Positions 42,569 to 53,916 of a DNA stretch of 64,000 bases are shown here, piece by piece. The DNA comes from an uncultured Candidatus Actinomarina sp. Its GTDB lineage: Bacteria; Actinomycetota; Acidimicrobiia; Actinomarinales; Actinomarinaceae. The DNA lies in NCBI GenBank assembly GCA_902533795.1, contig CACAND010000005.1:847-64846 (forward strand). Direction: 5' to 3'. The notes beneath the pieces were generated by a model, which searched no databases, was not told the DNA's origin, and was given only the letters and a program-made list of their open reading frames with translations. Made by a program: the position numbers and the translations under genes. Position 1 is the first letter of the stretch. Every line of letters begins with the position of its first letter.

Positions 42569-43559
42569 ACAACTCATATTAGGGTTTGAAACAAGCTGTG
42601 ATGAGACGGCCATAGCTTTAATGAAGGGTGATGACTTGTTGATAAACAAGATTTCGTCACAGGTCGAAATTCATGAAAAATTTGGTGGTGTAGTTCCTGA
42701 AGTAGCATCTAGAGCACATGCTGAAATGATACGAAATCTTTTTCATTCATCAATAAACGAATGTGGGATTGATATAGGTGAAATTGATATTGTAGCAAGT
42801 ACTGATGGTCCAGGTTTATCAGGCAGTCTTGTGGTGGGCTATAATTTTGCAAAATCAGTAGCATGGGCCCTTCAGAAGCCCTTTTATGCAGTAGATCATA
42901 TGGTTGGTCATCTTAGTGCACCTCTTATTGAACATCCAACCATGGATCCGCCATTTTTATCATTACTTGTGTCTGGTGGTCATACACAAATTGTGTTTGT
43001 AGAAGAATGGGGAAAATATAATTTATTAGGTTCAACAATCGATGATGCAGCAGGTGAAGCATTTGATAAATTATCTAGATTTTGTGGATTTGGTTTTCCT
43101 GGTGGACCAGCAATACAGAAAATATCTGAAGGCGGTGATCCAGATAAAGTCAAACTTCCAAGACCAAAGACTTCAAATAAATTTGATTATTCTTTTTCAG
43201 GGTTAAAAACAGCTGCAGTTTATTTTTTACAAGGACTAACTGACGATGACAAACTTTTGAAAAAAGATTTTGCCGCTTCATACCAAGAGGCAATTGTTGA
43301 TTCTTTGATGAATATATATGAGAAAGCTGTAACTGAAACAGATGTAACTAATCTATCAGGAGGAGGAGGAGTAATGGCAAATACGCGACTTCGTGAAAAA
43401 ATTCAAACTTTTGCTGAAAAAAATGATAAAAATCTATATTTACCATCACCTAAATTATCTACTGATAATGCTGCAATGATTTGTGTAGCTGCAAAAAATA
43501 ACCTTACAACTAATGAGATGAACATCGAAGATATAAGGCTATCATCAGTAATTTCTTAA
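42558..43559 (+). CDS. tsaD: t6A biosynthesis protein TsaD
   Basis: ETSCDET, GGVVPEVASRAH, VSGGHT, DDAAGEAFDK, TDNAAMI. Confidence 0.97.
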   Translation: MQNEQLILGFETSCDETAIALMKGDDLLINKISSQVEIHEKFGGVVPEVASRAHAEMIRNLFHSSINECGIDIGEIDIVASTDGPGLSGSLVVGYNFAKSVAWALQKPFYAVDHMVGHLSAPLIEHPTMDPPFLSLLVSGGHTQIVFVEEWGKYNLLGSTIDDAAGEAFDKLSRFCGFGFPGGPAIQKISEGGDPDKVKLPRPKTSNKFDYSFSGLKTAAVYFLQGLTDDDKLLKKDFAASYQEAIVDSLMNIYEKAVTETDVTNLSGGGGVMANTRLREKIQTFAEKNDKNLYLPSPKLSTDNAAMICVAAKNNLTTNEMNIEDIRLSSVIS

Positions 43560-43639
43560 CAATTTAAGAAAAATGAATACCTTTATAAACAGAACTATAT
43601 TAAATTCAAAACGTAGAAAATTTTAGGAGAAAAAAAATT

Positions 43640-43933
43640 ATGAATCTTAAACCACTTGGAGATAGGGTAGTTGTAAAACCACTATCAGAAGAAGATATGA
43701 AAACTCCATCAGGTATATACATTCCTGATACAGCAAAAGAAAAACCTCAAGAAGGTGAAGTTATTGCTGTGGGGCCTGGTGAAACCAATGACAATGGAGA
43801 AAAAATTAAGCCTGATGTGAAAAAAGGTGATAAAGTTGTTTATTCAAAATATGGTGGAACAGAAATTAAAGTTGACGGAGAAGAATACTTGATACTTTCA
43901 AGTAGAGATATTCTCGCAGTAGTCGGAAAATAA
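43640..43933 (+). CDS. groES: Co-chaperonin GroES
   Basis: [29 protein letters not shown]. Confidence 0.98.
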   Translation: MNLKPLGDRVVVKPLSEEDMKTPSGIYIPDTAKEKPQEGEVIAVGPGETNDNGEKIKPDVKKGDKVVYSKYGGTEIKVDGEEYLILSSRDILAVVGK

Positions 43934-43936
43934 TAG

Positions 43937-45577
<1,641 letters not shown>

Positions 45578-45592
45578 CTTAATCATATTTTT

Positions 45593-45628
45593 AAAAAAAA
45601 GAGTGGACAACAACCACTCTTTTTTTTT
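45593..45628 (+). terminator. Intrinsic (potentially bidirectional) terminator after groEL
   Basis: A8-GAGTGG-ACAACAA-CCACTC-T9. Confidence 0.85.
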
Positions 45629-45641
45629 ATCATTATATGTC

Positions 45642-45983
45642 ATGATTGGAATAAGAGGTGCAATAGCATCAGTTGAAAACAGTGAAGAAAATATATTAGA
45701 ATCATCAAAAATTTTATTTACTGAGATTATAGAACAAAACAATTTAGTAATTTCTAAAGTTGTTTCGGTACTATTTACAGTTACAAAAGAATTGAATGCT
45801 GCTTTCCCGGCCAAAGCAATTAGAGATCTTGGATATGACCAAATACCTGCACTTGATTCTTTAGCACCAGACATTGAAGGTGATTTATTAGGTTGCATTC
45901 GAGTATTAGTTATATATCAAGATAATATCGAACCAAATCATGTGTATTTGGGTGAAGCAAAAAATTTACGTCCTGATAGATAA
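45642..45983 (+). CDS. aroH: Chorismate mutase, AroH class
   Basis: GIRGA, FTVT..LNAAFPA.A.R, CIRVL, HVYLGEAKNLRPD; start moved to ATG 45642 because the track start is inside the terminator. Confidence 0.93.
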   Translation: MIGIRGAIASVENSEENILESSKILFTEIIEQNNLVISKVVSVLFTVTKELNAAFPAKAIRDLGYDQIPALDSLAPDIEGDLLGCIRVLVIYQDNIEPNHVYLGEAKNLRPDR

Positions 45984-46008
45984 AAACTCTTTTCAAAACA
46001 AAATTACG

Positions 46009-46017
46009 TGCTAGCAT
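46009..46017 (+). promoter_or_regulatory. Extended -10 promoter (TGnTAGCAT) for the aromatic operon leader
   Basis: TG-C-TAGCAT ends 7 nt before the leader-peptide ATG. Confidence 0.6.
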
Positions 46018-46024
46018 TATCACA

Positions 46025-46066
46025 ATGAAAACTAACACATACTTTTACTTTAGAGCGCATATATAA
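46025..46066 (+). CDS. Tyr/Phe-rich attenuator leader peptide MKTNTYFYFRAHI
   Basis: ATG AAA ACT AAC ACA TAC TTT TAC TTT AGA GCG CAT ATA TAA, followed by an antiterminator/terminator arrangement. Confidence 0.85.
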   Translation: MKTNTYFYFRAHI

Positions 46067-46090
46067 GCTGCCCTAAAGTTACATTGTGTC

Positions 46091-46118
46091 AAATCGGGCA
46101 AAAGCCCGATTTTTTTTT
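46091..46118 (+). terminator. Attenuator terminator
   Basis: AAATCGGGC-AAAA-GCCCGATTT plus T run, directly before the AGGAGG RBS of the DAHP synthase gene. Confidence 0.9.
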
Positions 46119-46130
46119 AGGAGGAACAAA

Positions 46131-47150
46131 TTGATAGTAGTTATGAAACAAGCAGCTACAGAAGAAGATATAGAGAAAGTAAAAGTAAAAGCTATTGAAC
46201 AAGGTCATGAGCCAAAAGTACTTTATGGTGTTGAAAGGACTGTCGTTGCAGTGCATGGAAAAGTTATCGAAGATAACAGAGGTGTAATGCGTTTACTTGA
46301 CAACGTACACGAAGTTATCCCAATTGGGAGATCTTACAAGCTTGCAAGTAAAACATATAAAGATACAAATACAGAAATAAAGATAAAAGATCTTACTATC
46401 GGAGGTAAAGAACTTGCTTTTATAGCTGGGCCAGACAGCGCCGAATATAGAGAGCAGACTTTAGAGACTGCAGAAGCTGTAATACAAGCAGGAGGAAATG
46501 GCCTTAGAGGAGGAGCTTTTAAACCTAGAACCTCACCTTATAGTTTTCAGGGTTTAGGAGAAGAAGGCTTAGTATTGTTGAAAGAGGCAGCTGATAAACA
46601 CAAACTCCCTTTGTTTAGTGAAATTATGGATATCCAACATTTACAAATGATGGAAAATTATGTAGATGTTCTTCAAATCGGAGCAAGAAATATGCAAAAT
46701 TTTAAGTTATTAGAAGCTGTTGGTGAATCGAAGCTTCCTGTTTTATTGAAAAGAGGTATGAGTGCAACTCTTGAGGAATTGCTTTTAGCTTCTGAATATA
46801 TATTAAGCAGAGGAAATGAAAATGTTATTTTATGCGAGCGAGGAATTAGAACTTTCGAAACTGCAACAAGAAATACATTTGATATTAATGCAATACCTTA
46901 TTTGAAGATGAACACTCATTTACCTGTTATTGCTGATCCAAGTCACGGAACTGGAGCAAACAACTTAGTAGCCCCTATTGCATTAGCTTCAATAGCTGCA
47001 GGAGCAGATGGGTTATTAATCGAAATTCATCCGAGACCGGATGAAGCTTTATGCGACGGCCCTCAAGCCTTAACGCCAGTAGAGTTAGTGGAGCTTGGTA
47101 AGAAAGTAAGTTTAATGGCTGACGTTGTGGGTCGATCTTTAACATTATGA
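46131..47150 (+). CDS. aroF: DAHP synthase type I-beta with N-terminal ACT-like regulatory domain
   Basis: RGGAFKPRTSPYSFQG, QIGARNMQNF, LKRG, DPSHG; start moved to TTG 46131 after AGGAGG. Confidence 0.95.
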   Translation: MIVVMKQAATEEDIEKVKVKAIEQGHEPKVLYGVERTVVAVHGKVIEDNRGVMRLLDNVHEVIPIGRSYKLASKTYKDTNTEIKIKDLTIGGKELAFIAGPDSAEYREQTLETAEAVIQAGGNGLRGGAFKPRTSPYSFQGLGEEGLVLLKEAADKHKLPLFSEIMDIQHLQMMENYVDVLQIGARNMQNFKLLEAVGESKLPVLLKRGMSATLEELLLASEYILSRGNENVILCERGIRTFETATRNTFDINAIPYLKMNTHLPVIADPSHGTGANNLVAPIALASIAAGADGLLIEIHPRPDEALCDGPQALTPVELVELGKKVSLMADVVGRSLTL

Positions 47151-47980
47151 TCAAAAATGTAAAAATAATTGGCCTTGGATTAATGGGTGCAAACTTAGGA
47201 ATTAATCTAGTCAATAAAGGACTAAATGTTTATGGAGAAGACATTAATCCTGATGTAGAGAAAAGAGCAGAAAAGTTTGGTATAAATGTTAAATCAAATG
47301 CTGAAAAGTATGATCTGACTATTCTTTCAATGCCTATAAATAATATTATTTCTTTCTTATCAAAAGAACATGAGGTTGATAGATCTGAGTTGATAATTGA
47401 TATAGGAGGTACCAAAGAGTCGATTTGTGATTTAATGGACAATTCAAATATTCCTGCAATTGGGGGACACCCGATGTGTGGATTGGCTGATAATACAAAT
47501 TGGGAGCCACATCCAGAAATGTACAAAAATGCAACATTTCTTCTTTGCGAAACTAATTCAACTGATGATAAAGCAAGAGAAATTGCATCAGCGTTTATAA
47601 ATATTTTAGATTGTAAAGAAGTATGGATTGATAGAAAAAAGCATGATGAGATATTATCGATTACGAGCCATTTACCTCACTTGATAAGTTCTGCACTTGT
47701 GGGTATTGCTAAGAAGGATTATGAAATTGAAGAAATAATGGGATTAGCAGCTGGAGGGTTTGATGGGGCAACAAGGCTTACAAGGACAAACCCAGAGATG
47801 ATAATAGACATGTACAACTCAAACTCAAAAAATATAAATAATTTTCTTATCGCACTAATCGAAGAAATATCATCGTTGATGTCTTTACAAGAAAAAAATG
47901 AGTTAATTGACTATCTCACTTCATCAGTGGAATGGAGAAGAGCATTGTCAGATAAATTTGGAGAACGACCATTAAGTTAA
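47147..47980 (+). CDS. tyrA: Prephenate/arogenate dehydrogenase
   Basis: GLGLMG, DIGGTK, GGHPMCG, HD....TSHLPH. Confidence 0.93.
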   Translation: MIKNVKIIGLGLMGANLGINLVNKGLNVYGEDINPDVEKRAEKFGINVKSNAEKYDLTILSMPINNIISFLSKEHEVDRSELIIDIGGTKESICDLMDNSNIPAIGGHPMCGLADNTNWEPHPEMYKNATFLLCETNSTDDKAREIASAFINILDCKEVWIDRKKHDEILSITSHLPHLISSALVGIAKKDYEIEEIMGLAAGGFDGATRLTRTNPEMIIDMYNSNSKNINNFLIALIEEISSLMSLQEKNELIDYLTSSVEWRRALSDKFGERPLS

Positions 47981-49257
47981 AATTAAAATTATTTAGCAGA
48001 TTATTGTCTGGTAATGTTGCTCTCATTGGAGATAAGTCTATTTCTCATAGAGCAATAATATTTGCTGCGTTAGCAGACGGAACTTCAAATATACAAAATT
48101 TATTAATGAGTGAAGACACAAAGGCTACCTTAAAGATAATTGAGCAAATGGGTATCGATATCAAGTTAAATGATACAGTTTCCATAACTGGTAAAGGGCT
48201 TAACGGCCTGAAAGAACCAAAAAAAGATCTTAATGCCATAAATTCAGGAACCACTGCAAGATTATTAATTGGTCTATTATCTAAACAAAATTTTTCATCA
48301 ACATTAATAGGAAGCCCCCAGTTGAATAAAAGACCAATGAACAGAATTACAGATTTGTTAGTTCAAAACGGAGCTTCAATTAACATAAAGAATTCTTTTC
48401 TTCCGATTAAATTTAAATCATCAGAATATTCATTTAATTTTCAAAATACTCTTGTTCCCAGTGCTCAGGTTAAAAGCGCCTTAATTATTGCTTCTTTGTA
48501 CCATAGTGAACCAACGTTAATTGAAGAAACAGTTGCCACAAGAGATCATACGGAAAGAATGTTAATTGCGATGGGTGCAAACATACTTAGACTTGGTAAC
48601 ACCATTACTGTATCTCCAACAAATAATCTTAAACCTTTAAACATTTCAATACCTGGTGATATATCGTCAGGAGCATTCCTAATTGCACTTGGCGTGCTCA
48701 AAGGAAAAGAAATAATACTTGAAAACATGTTAATTAACGAAAGGAGACTTGGGTTTGTAAAGATTTTAAAGAGGATGGGTGCAAATATTGAAATTGTGAA
48801 CATTAATGAAGAAAATAATGAAGTAATTGGAGATATTAAGGTAAAAAAATCAACTCTAAATGGTACGACTGTGACAAAAGAGGAAGTGGCCGATTTTATT
48901 GATGAAATTCCAATTTTCACTTTTTTAGCATCCCAAGCAATTGGTATTACAAAACTTGTTGGAGCAGAAGAACTGAAAGTCAAAGAATCAGACAGGTTAG
49001 ATGTTATGAAAAATTTTATTCTTGAATTAGGCGGGAAAATTGAAGTTTATGATGATGGATTTGAGATTACAGGCATTCAAGATCTCCAAGATGGCTTTAT
49101 TAAAACTTTTGATGATCACAGAATTGCAATGACAGCAATAATTGCCAATATAGCTCTTGGAAAAAAGATAATCCCTGATAATAAAGAATGCATTAAAGAT
49201 TCATATCCTTCTTTTTTTGAGGATTTAAAAGAATTAGGAGCTGAGATCAATGAATAA
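47971..49257 (+). CDS. aroA: EPSP synthase (start ATT 47971 or TTG 48004)
   Basis: GDKSISHRA, NSGTTARL, SAQVKSA, RDHTERML, KESDR, DDHRIAM. Confidence 0.95.
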   Translation: MKLKLKLFSRLLSGNVALIGDKSISHRAIIFAALADGTSNIQNLLMSEDTKATLKIIEQMGIDIKLNDTVSITGKGLNGLKEPKKDLNAINSGTTARLLIGLLSKQNFSSTLIGSPQLNKRPMNRITDLLVQNGASINIKNSFLPIKFKSSEYSFNFQNTLVPSAQVKSALIIASLYHSEPTLIEETVATRDHTERMLIAMGANILRLGNTITVSPTNNLKPLNISIPGDISSGAFLIALGVLKGKEIILENMLINERRLGFVKILKRMGANIEIVNINEENNEVIGDIKVKKSTLNGTTVTKEEVADFIDEIPIFTFLASQAIGITKLVGAEELKVKESDRLDVMKNFILELGGKIEVYDDGFEITGIQDLQDGFIKTFDDHRIAMTAIIANIALGKKIIPDNKECIKDSYPSFFEDLKELGAEINE

Positions 49258-50038
49258 TTTTGGCGTTCTAGGTTGGCCCCTTGAAAAGACATACTCTCCC
49301 TTTATTCACAAATCTTTATTTGATATGACTCAGCTTGAAGGTAATTATGAATTATTAAAAATTGAGAACATAGATGAGAAAAATATTCAAGATCTTAATA
49401 AGAGACTAGACGGATACAATATCACAATCCCACATAAAGAAAATATTTTAGGATTAAATATAAATTCAATCGTAGATGAACATGCACAATCAATAGGAGC
49501 AATAAATACTGTTAAATCAAGTGGTGAAAGTATTGAATACTATAACACTGACTATGAAGGCTTCTTATTTTTCTTAAATAAAATAGATTATGATTGGAAA
49601 GATAAAAATATACTTATTTTAGGCAGTGGTGGAAGCTCAAAAGCAATTAGGTATGCATTATCAAGTAATTCATCGAGTATACATATTGCTAGCAGAAATG
49701 TTACTGAGGATACTATTTCTTATAAAGAGGCAGAAGATATTGGATCGGAGATAAATTTTCTTATCAATACAACTCCTATTGGTATGTCGCATCTGAATAA
49801 CCTTTCTCTGGACTTAGATGTAAACAAATTTACTAACCTAGATTTATTTTTGAATATAGGATATGGAAATACTAGTAATTTTTTTAAACCATTAGTTGAT
49901 TCTGTGAATTCATACAATGGTATTGGAATGCTCATATGTCAGGCAATCTTATCATTTAACATATGGACAAACCTTAACTTACAAGTATTAGATATATATG
50001 ATGAGTTATACAAATTATTGGTGAACAAAAATGATTAG
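49250..50038 (+). CDS. aroE: Shikimate dehydrogenase
   Basis: SP.IH, NITIPHK, GAINT, NTD..G, GSGGSS, NTTPIG, ML..QA. Confidence 0.92.
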   Translation: MNNFGVLGWPLEKTYSPFIHKSLFDMTQLEGNYELLKIENIDEKNIQDLNKRLDGYNITIPHKENILGLNINSIVDEHAQSIGAINTVKSSGESIEYYNTDYEGFLFFLNKIDYDWKDKNILILGSGGSSKAIRYALSSNSSSIHIASRNVTEDTISYKEAEDIGSEINFLINTTPIGMSHLNNLSLDLDVNKFTNLDLFLNIGYGNTSNFFKPLVDSVNSYNGIGMLICQAILSFNIWTNLNLQVLDIYDELYKLLVNKND

Positions 50039-51206
50039 ATTTTTAACTTCAGGCGAGAGTCATGGGCCAGAGTTAACAGGGATAATTGAGGGATTACCTT
50101 CGGGTTTTCTTGTTACAAAAGAATACATAGACAGTTTCCTTCAACGCAGACAAAAAAGTTTGGGTTCTGGTGGAAGAATGAATATTGAATCAGATCAGGT
50201 AGAGATTTCTTCGGGAATAATTAATAATCTCACAACTGGTGGACCAATTACATTAAAAATAAAGAACAACGATTGGAAAAATTGGAAAGATAAAGATATT
50301 GATCCATATGTAGTTCCTAGACCTGGTCATGCTGACCTAGTTGGAACTGCAAAGTATGATGCAAAGGATATTCGCCTAATTCTTGAAAGATCAAGTGCTA
50401 GGGAAACTGCAATGAGATGTGCAATTGGAGCAATAGCTGCACAAATACTTGAAAATTTTGACATACATATTTGTGGATATGTTTCAGGAATTGGATCACT
50501 GGAGTATATATATAAAGGAACAGATGGCATTAAAAATCTGCAAAATAAAGTTACAGAATCCCCAGTGTCGTGTCCAGATGACAAAATTTCCAAAGAAATG
50601 GAAAATGAAATAAAACTTGCAAGAAAAAAGAAGGATACTCTTGGAGGTTCTATTACCACAATTGCAACAGGCGTACCTCCAACACTGGGTAGTTTCGTTC
50701 ATTGGGATAGAAAATTAGATGCAAATGTGGCGCGAATTTTTATGTCTATACAAAGTGTAAAAGCAGTAGAAATTGGTAATGGGATAGAAGTATCTAAAAA
50801 TTATGGAACTGAGGTTCAAGATCAGTATTTCCTTGACCAGGAAAACATTAAAAAAGAATCAAATAATTTAGGAGGTTTTGAAGGAGGGATGACAAATGGG
50901 GAGGATATAGTTGTAAAAGCTTACTTAAAACCGATCAGCACAACTTTGACTCCGATCAAAAGTATTAATTTATCAACTAAAAATGAAACAGAGACAGTAT
51001 ATGAACGATCTGATACCTGTGCCGTCCCGAGAGCTGTCCCCATATTTGAGAGCGCAATGGCATTAGAAATTCTTAAGAATTTACTAATAAAAACTGGGGG
51101 AGATAGCAAAAAAGAAATAACAAAAAACTTTGAAAACATTTCAAAGCTGCATTTAGATGAGTTTGATCTAGATAATAAAACCTGGAACATGAAATATGAA
51201 ACATAA
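50031..51206 (+). CDS. aroC: Chorismate synthase
   Basis: TSGESHG, PRPGHADL, ERSSARETA, GGFEGGMTNG, ERSD.CAVP. Confidence 0.97.
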   Translation: MIRFLTSGESHGPELTGIIEGLPSGFLVTKEYIDSFLQRRQKSLGSGGRMNIESDQVEISSGIINNLTTGGPITLKIKNNDWKNWKDKDIDPYVVPRPGHADLVGTAKYDAKDIRLILERSSARETAMRCAIGAIAAQILENFDIHICGYVSGIGSLEYIYKGTDGIKNLQNKVTESPVSCPDDKISKEMENEIKLARKKKDTLGGSITTIATGVPPTLGSFVHWDRKLDANVARIFMSIQSVKAVEIGNGIEVSKNYGTEVQDQYFLDQENIKKESNNLGGFEGGMTNGEDIVVKAYLKPISTTLTPIKSINLSTKNETETVYERSDTCAVPRAVPIFESAMALEILKNLLIKTGGDSKKEITKNFENISKLHLDEFDLDNKTWNMKYET

Positions 51207-51705
51207 TAATATTTACCTCGTTGGATTTATGGGTTGCGGAAAAACATCTGTATTGAAAAAAATAAGACAAAAGATTCAAAGTAATACTTTTGATCTAGAT
51301 GAAAATATAGAAAAGCAACATGGAAGTATAAGCAAAATATTCGAATCAAAAGGCGAAAAATATTTTCGGCAAATCGAATTAGAAACATTCCAAATGTTAC
51401 CCAAAAATGATTCTGTAGTTGCTCTTGGAGGAGGATCTTTAGAAATAAAAAATATATTTGATGAGCTTAAAAATAACGGATTTACTTTTTATCTGAAAGA
51501 TACTTTTGAAAATTTATGGAATCAGATCCAAAATACTGAAAGGCCTTTAGTAAAAGAAGGAAAAGACAAAATTTATAAACTATTTCAATCAAGAGAAGAT
51601 TTATACAATCAATCAAATCATATTTTAGAAATTTCAGATAAAAAAATTAAAAATATTGCTGAAATCATAATTAAAAATAGTTGGTTAAAAAATGAAGTTA
51701 TCTGA
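51196..51705 (+). CDS. aroK: Shikimate kinase
   Basis: GFMGCGKT, GEKYFR..E, ALGGG, RPL. Confidence 0.94.
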   Translation: MKHNNIYLVGFMGCGKTSVLKKIRQKIQSNTFDLDENIEKQHGSISKIFESKGEKYFRQIELETFQMLPKNDSVVALGGGSLEIKNIFDELKNNGFTFYLKDTFENLWNQIQNTERPLVKEGKDKIYKLFQSREDLYNQSNHILEISDKKIKNIAEIIIKNSWLKNEVI

Positions 51706-52690
51706 AATACATTATTCAAATAAATTTGATGATCTTGACAGTCAACTAAAAAATTTTATCAATCAGGAGAAGCATGTAATATTTATTGATTCAAAGTTGT
51801 CTTCAATTATTAATCTAGATCCAAAATTTAAGATTTTTGAAATAGAAATTAATGAATCTACTAAAGATTTAAATACAATTCAAAAAATTTGGAAAATAAT
51901 GTTTTCAGAGTCGCTTGATAGAAGTTCAAAAATAATTGGGATAGGTGGAGGCGTGTTGAGTGACTTAGTAGGTTTTGCTACGAGCACCTTTAAAAGAGGG
52001 GCAAATTTATCGTTGGTTCCTTCAACATTCCTTGGTATGGTTGATGCAGCACATGGAGGAAAAACAGGGTTCAATAATGAATTTGGCAAAAACCAAATTG
52101 GCACATTCTTCATTCCAGAAAAAATATTTATTTGTACAGAGTTTTTAGATTCTATATCAGAAATTGAAATGAATAATGGAATTATTGAATCATTAAAGGC
52201 AGGCTTTTTAGGTGACAAAGAAATTATTGAAATGATATACCAAGATAAACTCAACAATCTAGAAGAAATAATTAAAAAAAGTATTCAAGTAAAGTACAAC
52301 ATTTTAAAAAATGACTTACGTGAAAGTAATGAAAGAATGTTTTTAAATTTAGGCCATACAATCGGCCATCTGATCGAAAAGGACTCAAATTATTCTATTT
52401 CTCACGGACAAGCCGTTGCAATTGGAATGTTAAAAGGGTTTGAAATATCGGAGAGTAAATTTAATCTTAATAGTTCAATCAGAGATGAATTTAAGTCATT
52501 TTTAAACAAACAGTCAATGAAAACGGAATACAGTTTCAATAGCAATCAATCAGAGTTAAAAGAGATAATTTCAAATGATAAAAAAGTGACAAGTGACGTT
52601 GTTAAATTTGTTCTTATTAAAAATATTCAAGAGCCAGTGTTAATTGACTTTTCGATTAACGACTTATTAGAGGTTTTAACCAATGCGTAA
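51692..52690 (+). CDS. aroB: 3-dehydroquinate synthase
   Basis: GGGVLSDLVGF, DAAHGGKTG, KNQIGTF, LNLGHTIGH, SHGQAV. Confidence 0.95.
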   Translation: MKLSEIHYSNKFDDLDSQLKNFINQEKHVIFIDSKLSSIINLDPKFKIFEIEINESTKDLNTIQKIWKIMFSESLDRSSKIIGIGGGVLSDLVGFATSTFKRGANLSLVPSTFLGMVDAAHGGKTGFNNEFGKNQIGTFFIPEKIFICTEFLDSISEIEMNNGIIESLKAGFLGDKEIIEMIYQDKLNNLEEIIKKSIQVKYNILKNDLRESNERMFLNLGHTIGHLIEKDSNYSISHGQAVAIGMLKGFEISESKFNLNSSIRDEFKSFLNKQSMKTEYSFNSNQSELKEIISNDKKVTSDVVKFVLIKNIQEPVLIDFSINDLLEVLTNA

Positions 52691-53111
52691 AATAGTCATC
52701 ATTAATGGTCCAAATTTGAACTTTTTAGGTGAGAGAGAAATATCAAAATATGGCACTACAACTTATCAAGAGTTAGTTAGTGAACTTGAAGAACATGCAA
52801 AAAAAACTAATAATCTGGTTTTTTTTCAATCAAATCATGAGGGCGAAATCTGTGATTACATACAAAAAATAATTAATGAGAAAATTGATGGAGTCATAGT
52901 AAATCCTGGTGCCTACACCCATACAAGTGTTTCATTGAGAGATTCTTTGTTACTTCTTTCAGTTCCTATCATTGAAGTTCACATAAGTGACATAAAAGAA
53001 CGTGAATCGTTTAGAAAAACTAATTTAATTAATGACATTTGCGAGAAATCATTTATAGGTCATGGGGTTAATGGATATAAGATGGGTATAGATTATTTAA
53101 ATGAAAAATAA
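52683..53111 (+). CDS. aroQ: Type II 3-dehydroquinate dehydratase
   Basis: NGPNLNFLG.RE...YG, QSNHEG, NPGAYTHTS, EVHIS. Confidence 0.96.
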   Translation: MRKIVIINGPNLNFLGEREISKYGTTTYQELVSELEEHAKKTNNLVFFQSNHEGEICDYIQKIINEKIDGVIVNPGAYTHTSVSLRDSLLLLSVPIIEVHISDIKERESFRKTNLINDICEKSFIGHGVNGYKMGIDYLNEK

Positions 53112-53916
53112 AAAAATATATTATCAAGGTTCAGAAGGTTCTTATTCAGAATCGGTTTTACTTGAAATGTTCCCAGATTCAGAATTAATTTCTTGTAAAA
53201 CTTTTCAAGATGTCTCTATAAATGCTTCAAATGATGGTTTTGGACTTTTGCCAATTGAAAACTCTCTCGTTGGAACTGTAATCGAGGCTTATGAAAGTTT
53301 AATTGAATACGAACTTGAAATATTTTTAGAAGTTAAAAAGAAAATTAATCATGCTCTAATTGGATTAGCAGGGACACAAAAACAAAATTTGAAAAAGATA
53401 ATTTCTCACCCACAAGCCTTACAGCAATGTAGTAAATATTTAAATAAACTAGACGTAGAATTACAACCAGTATTTGATACTGCAGGAGGTGTTTTAAGTC
53501 TACTTAACACTAAATCAGAAGAGATTGGAGCGATTGCAGGAGAGCATTTTGATAATGATGAAAGATTTACAATAATTGAAAAAAATATTTCAAATCATGA
53601 AGAAAATTACACAAGATTTTTTCTAACTGGAAAGACGCCACCACCGATTAAAGAAGATAAAAACCTTCGTTCAGCGATTCTGGTAGCACAAGACGAGCCA
53701 GGTTCTTTGTTGAAAGCTCTTACGGTCTTTGATGTACTTAAATTGAATTTGACTAAGTTAGAATCAAGACCAATTCTTGGATCCCCATGGGAATATAAGT
53801 TCTATGTCGATTATCAAAACTCTGATACAAAAATCGATCAGCTTCTAAAAGATAATTTAGGTCAAGTTGCAAAAGAATTTAAAATATTAGGAAAATACGG
53901 ATCAATTAATCTTTAA
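53101..53916 (+). CDS. pheA: Prephenate dehydratase with C-terminal ACT domain
   Basis: PIENS..G, SHPQAL.QC, NYTRF, NLTKLESRP. Confidence 0.95.
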   Translation: MKNKKIYYQGSEGSYSESVLLEMFPDSELISCKTFQDVSINASNDGFGLLPIENSLVGTVIEAYESLIEYELEIFLEVKKKINHALIGLAGTQKQNLKKIISHPQALQQCSKYLNKLDVELQPVFDTAGGVLSLLNTKSEEIGAIAGEHFDNDERFTIIEKNISNHEENYTRFFLTGKTPPPIKEDKNLRSAILVAQDEPGSLLKALTVFDVLKLNLTKLESRPILGSPWEYKFYVDYQNSDTKIDQLLKDNLGQVAKEFKILGKYGSINL

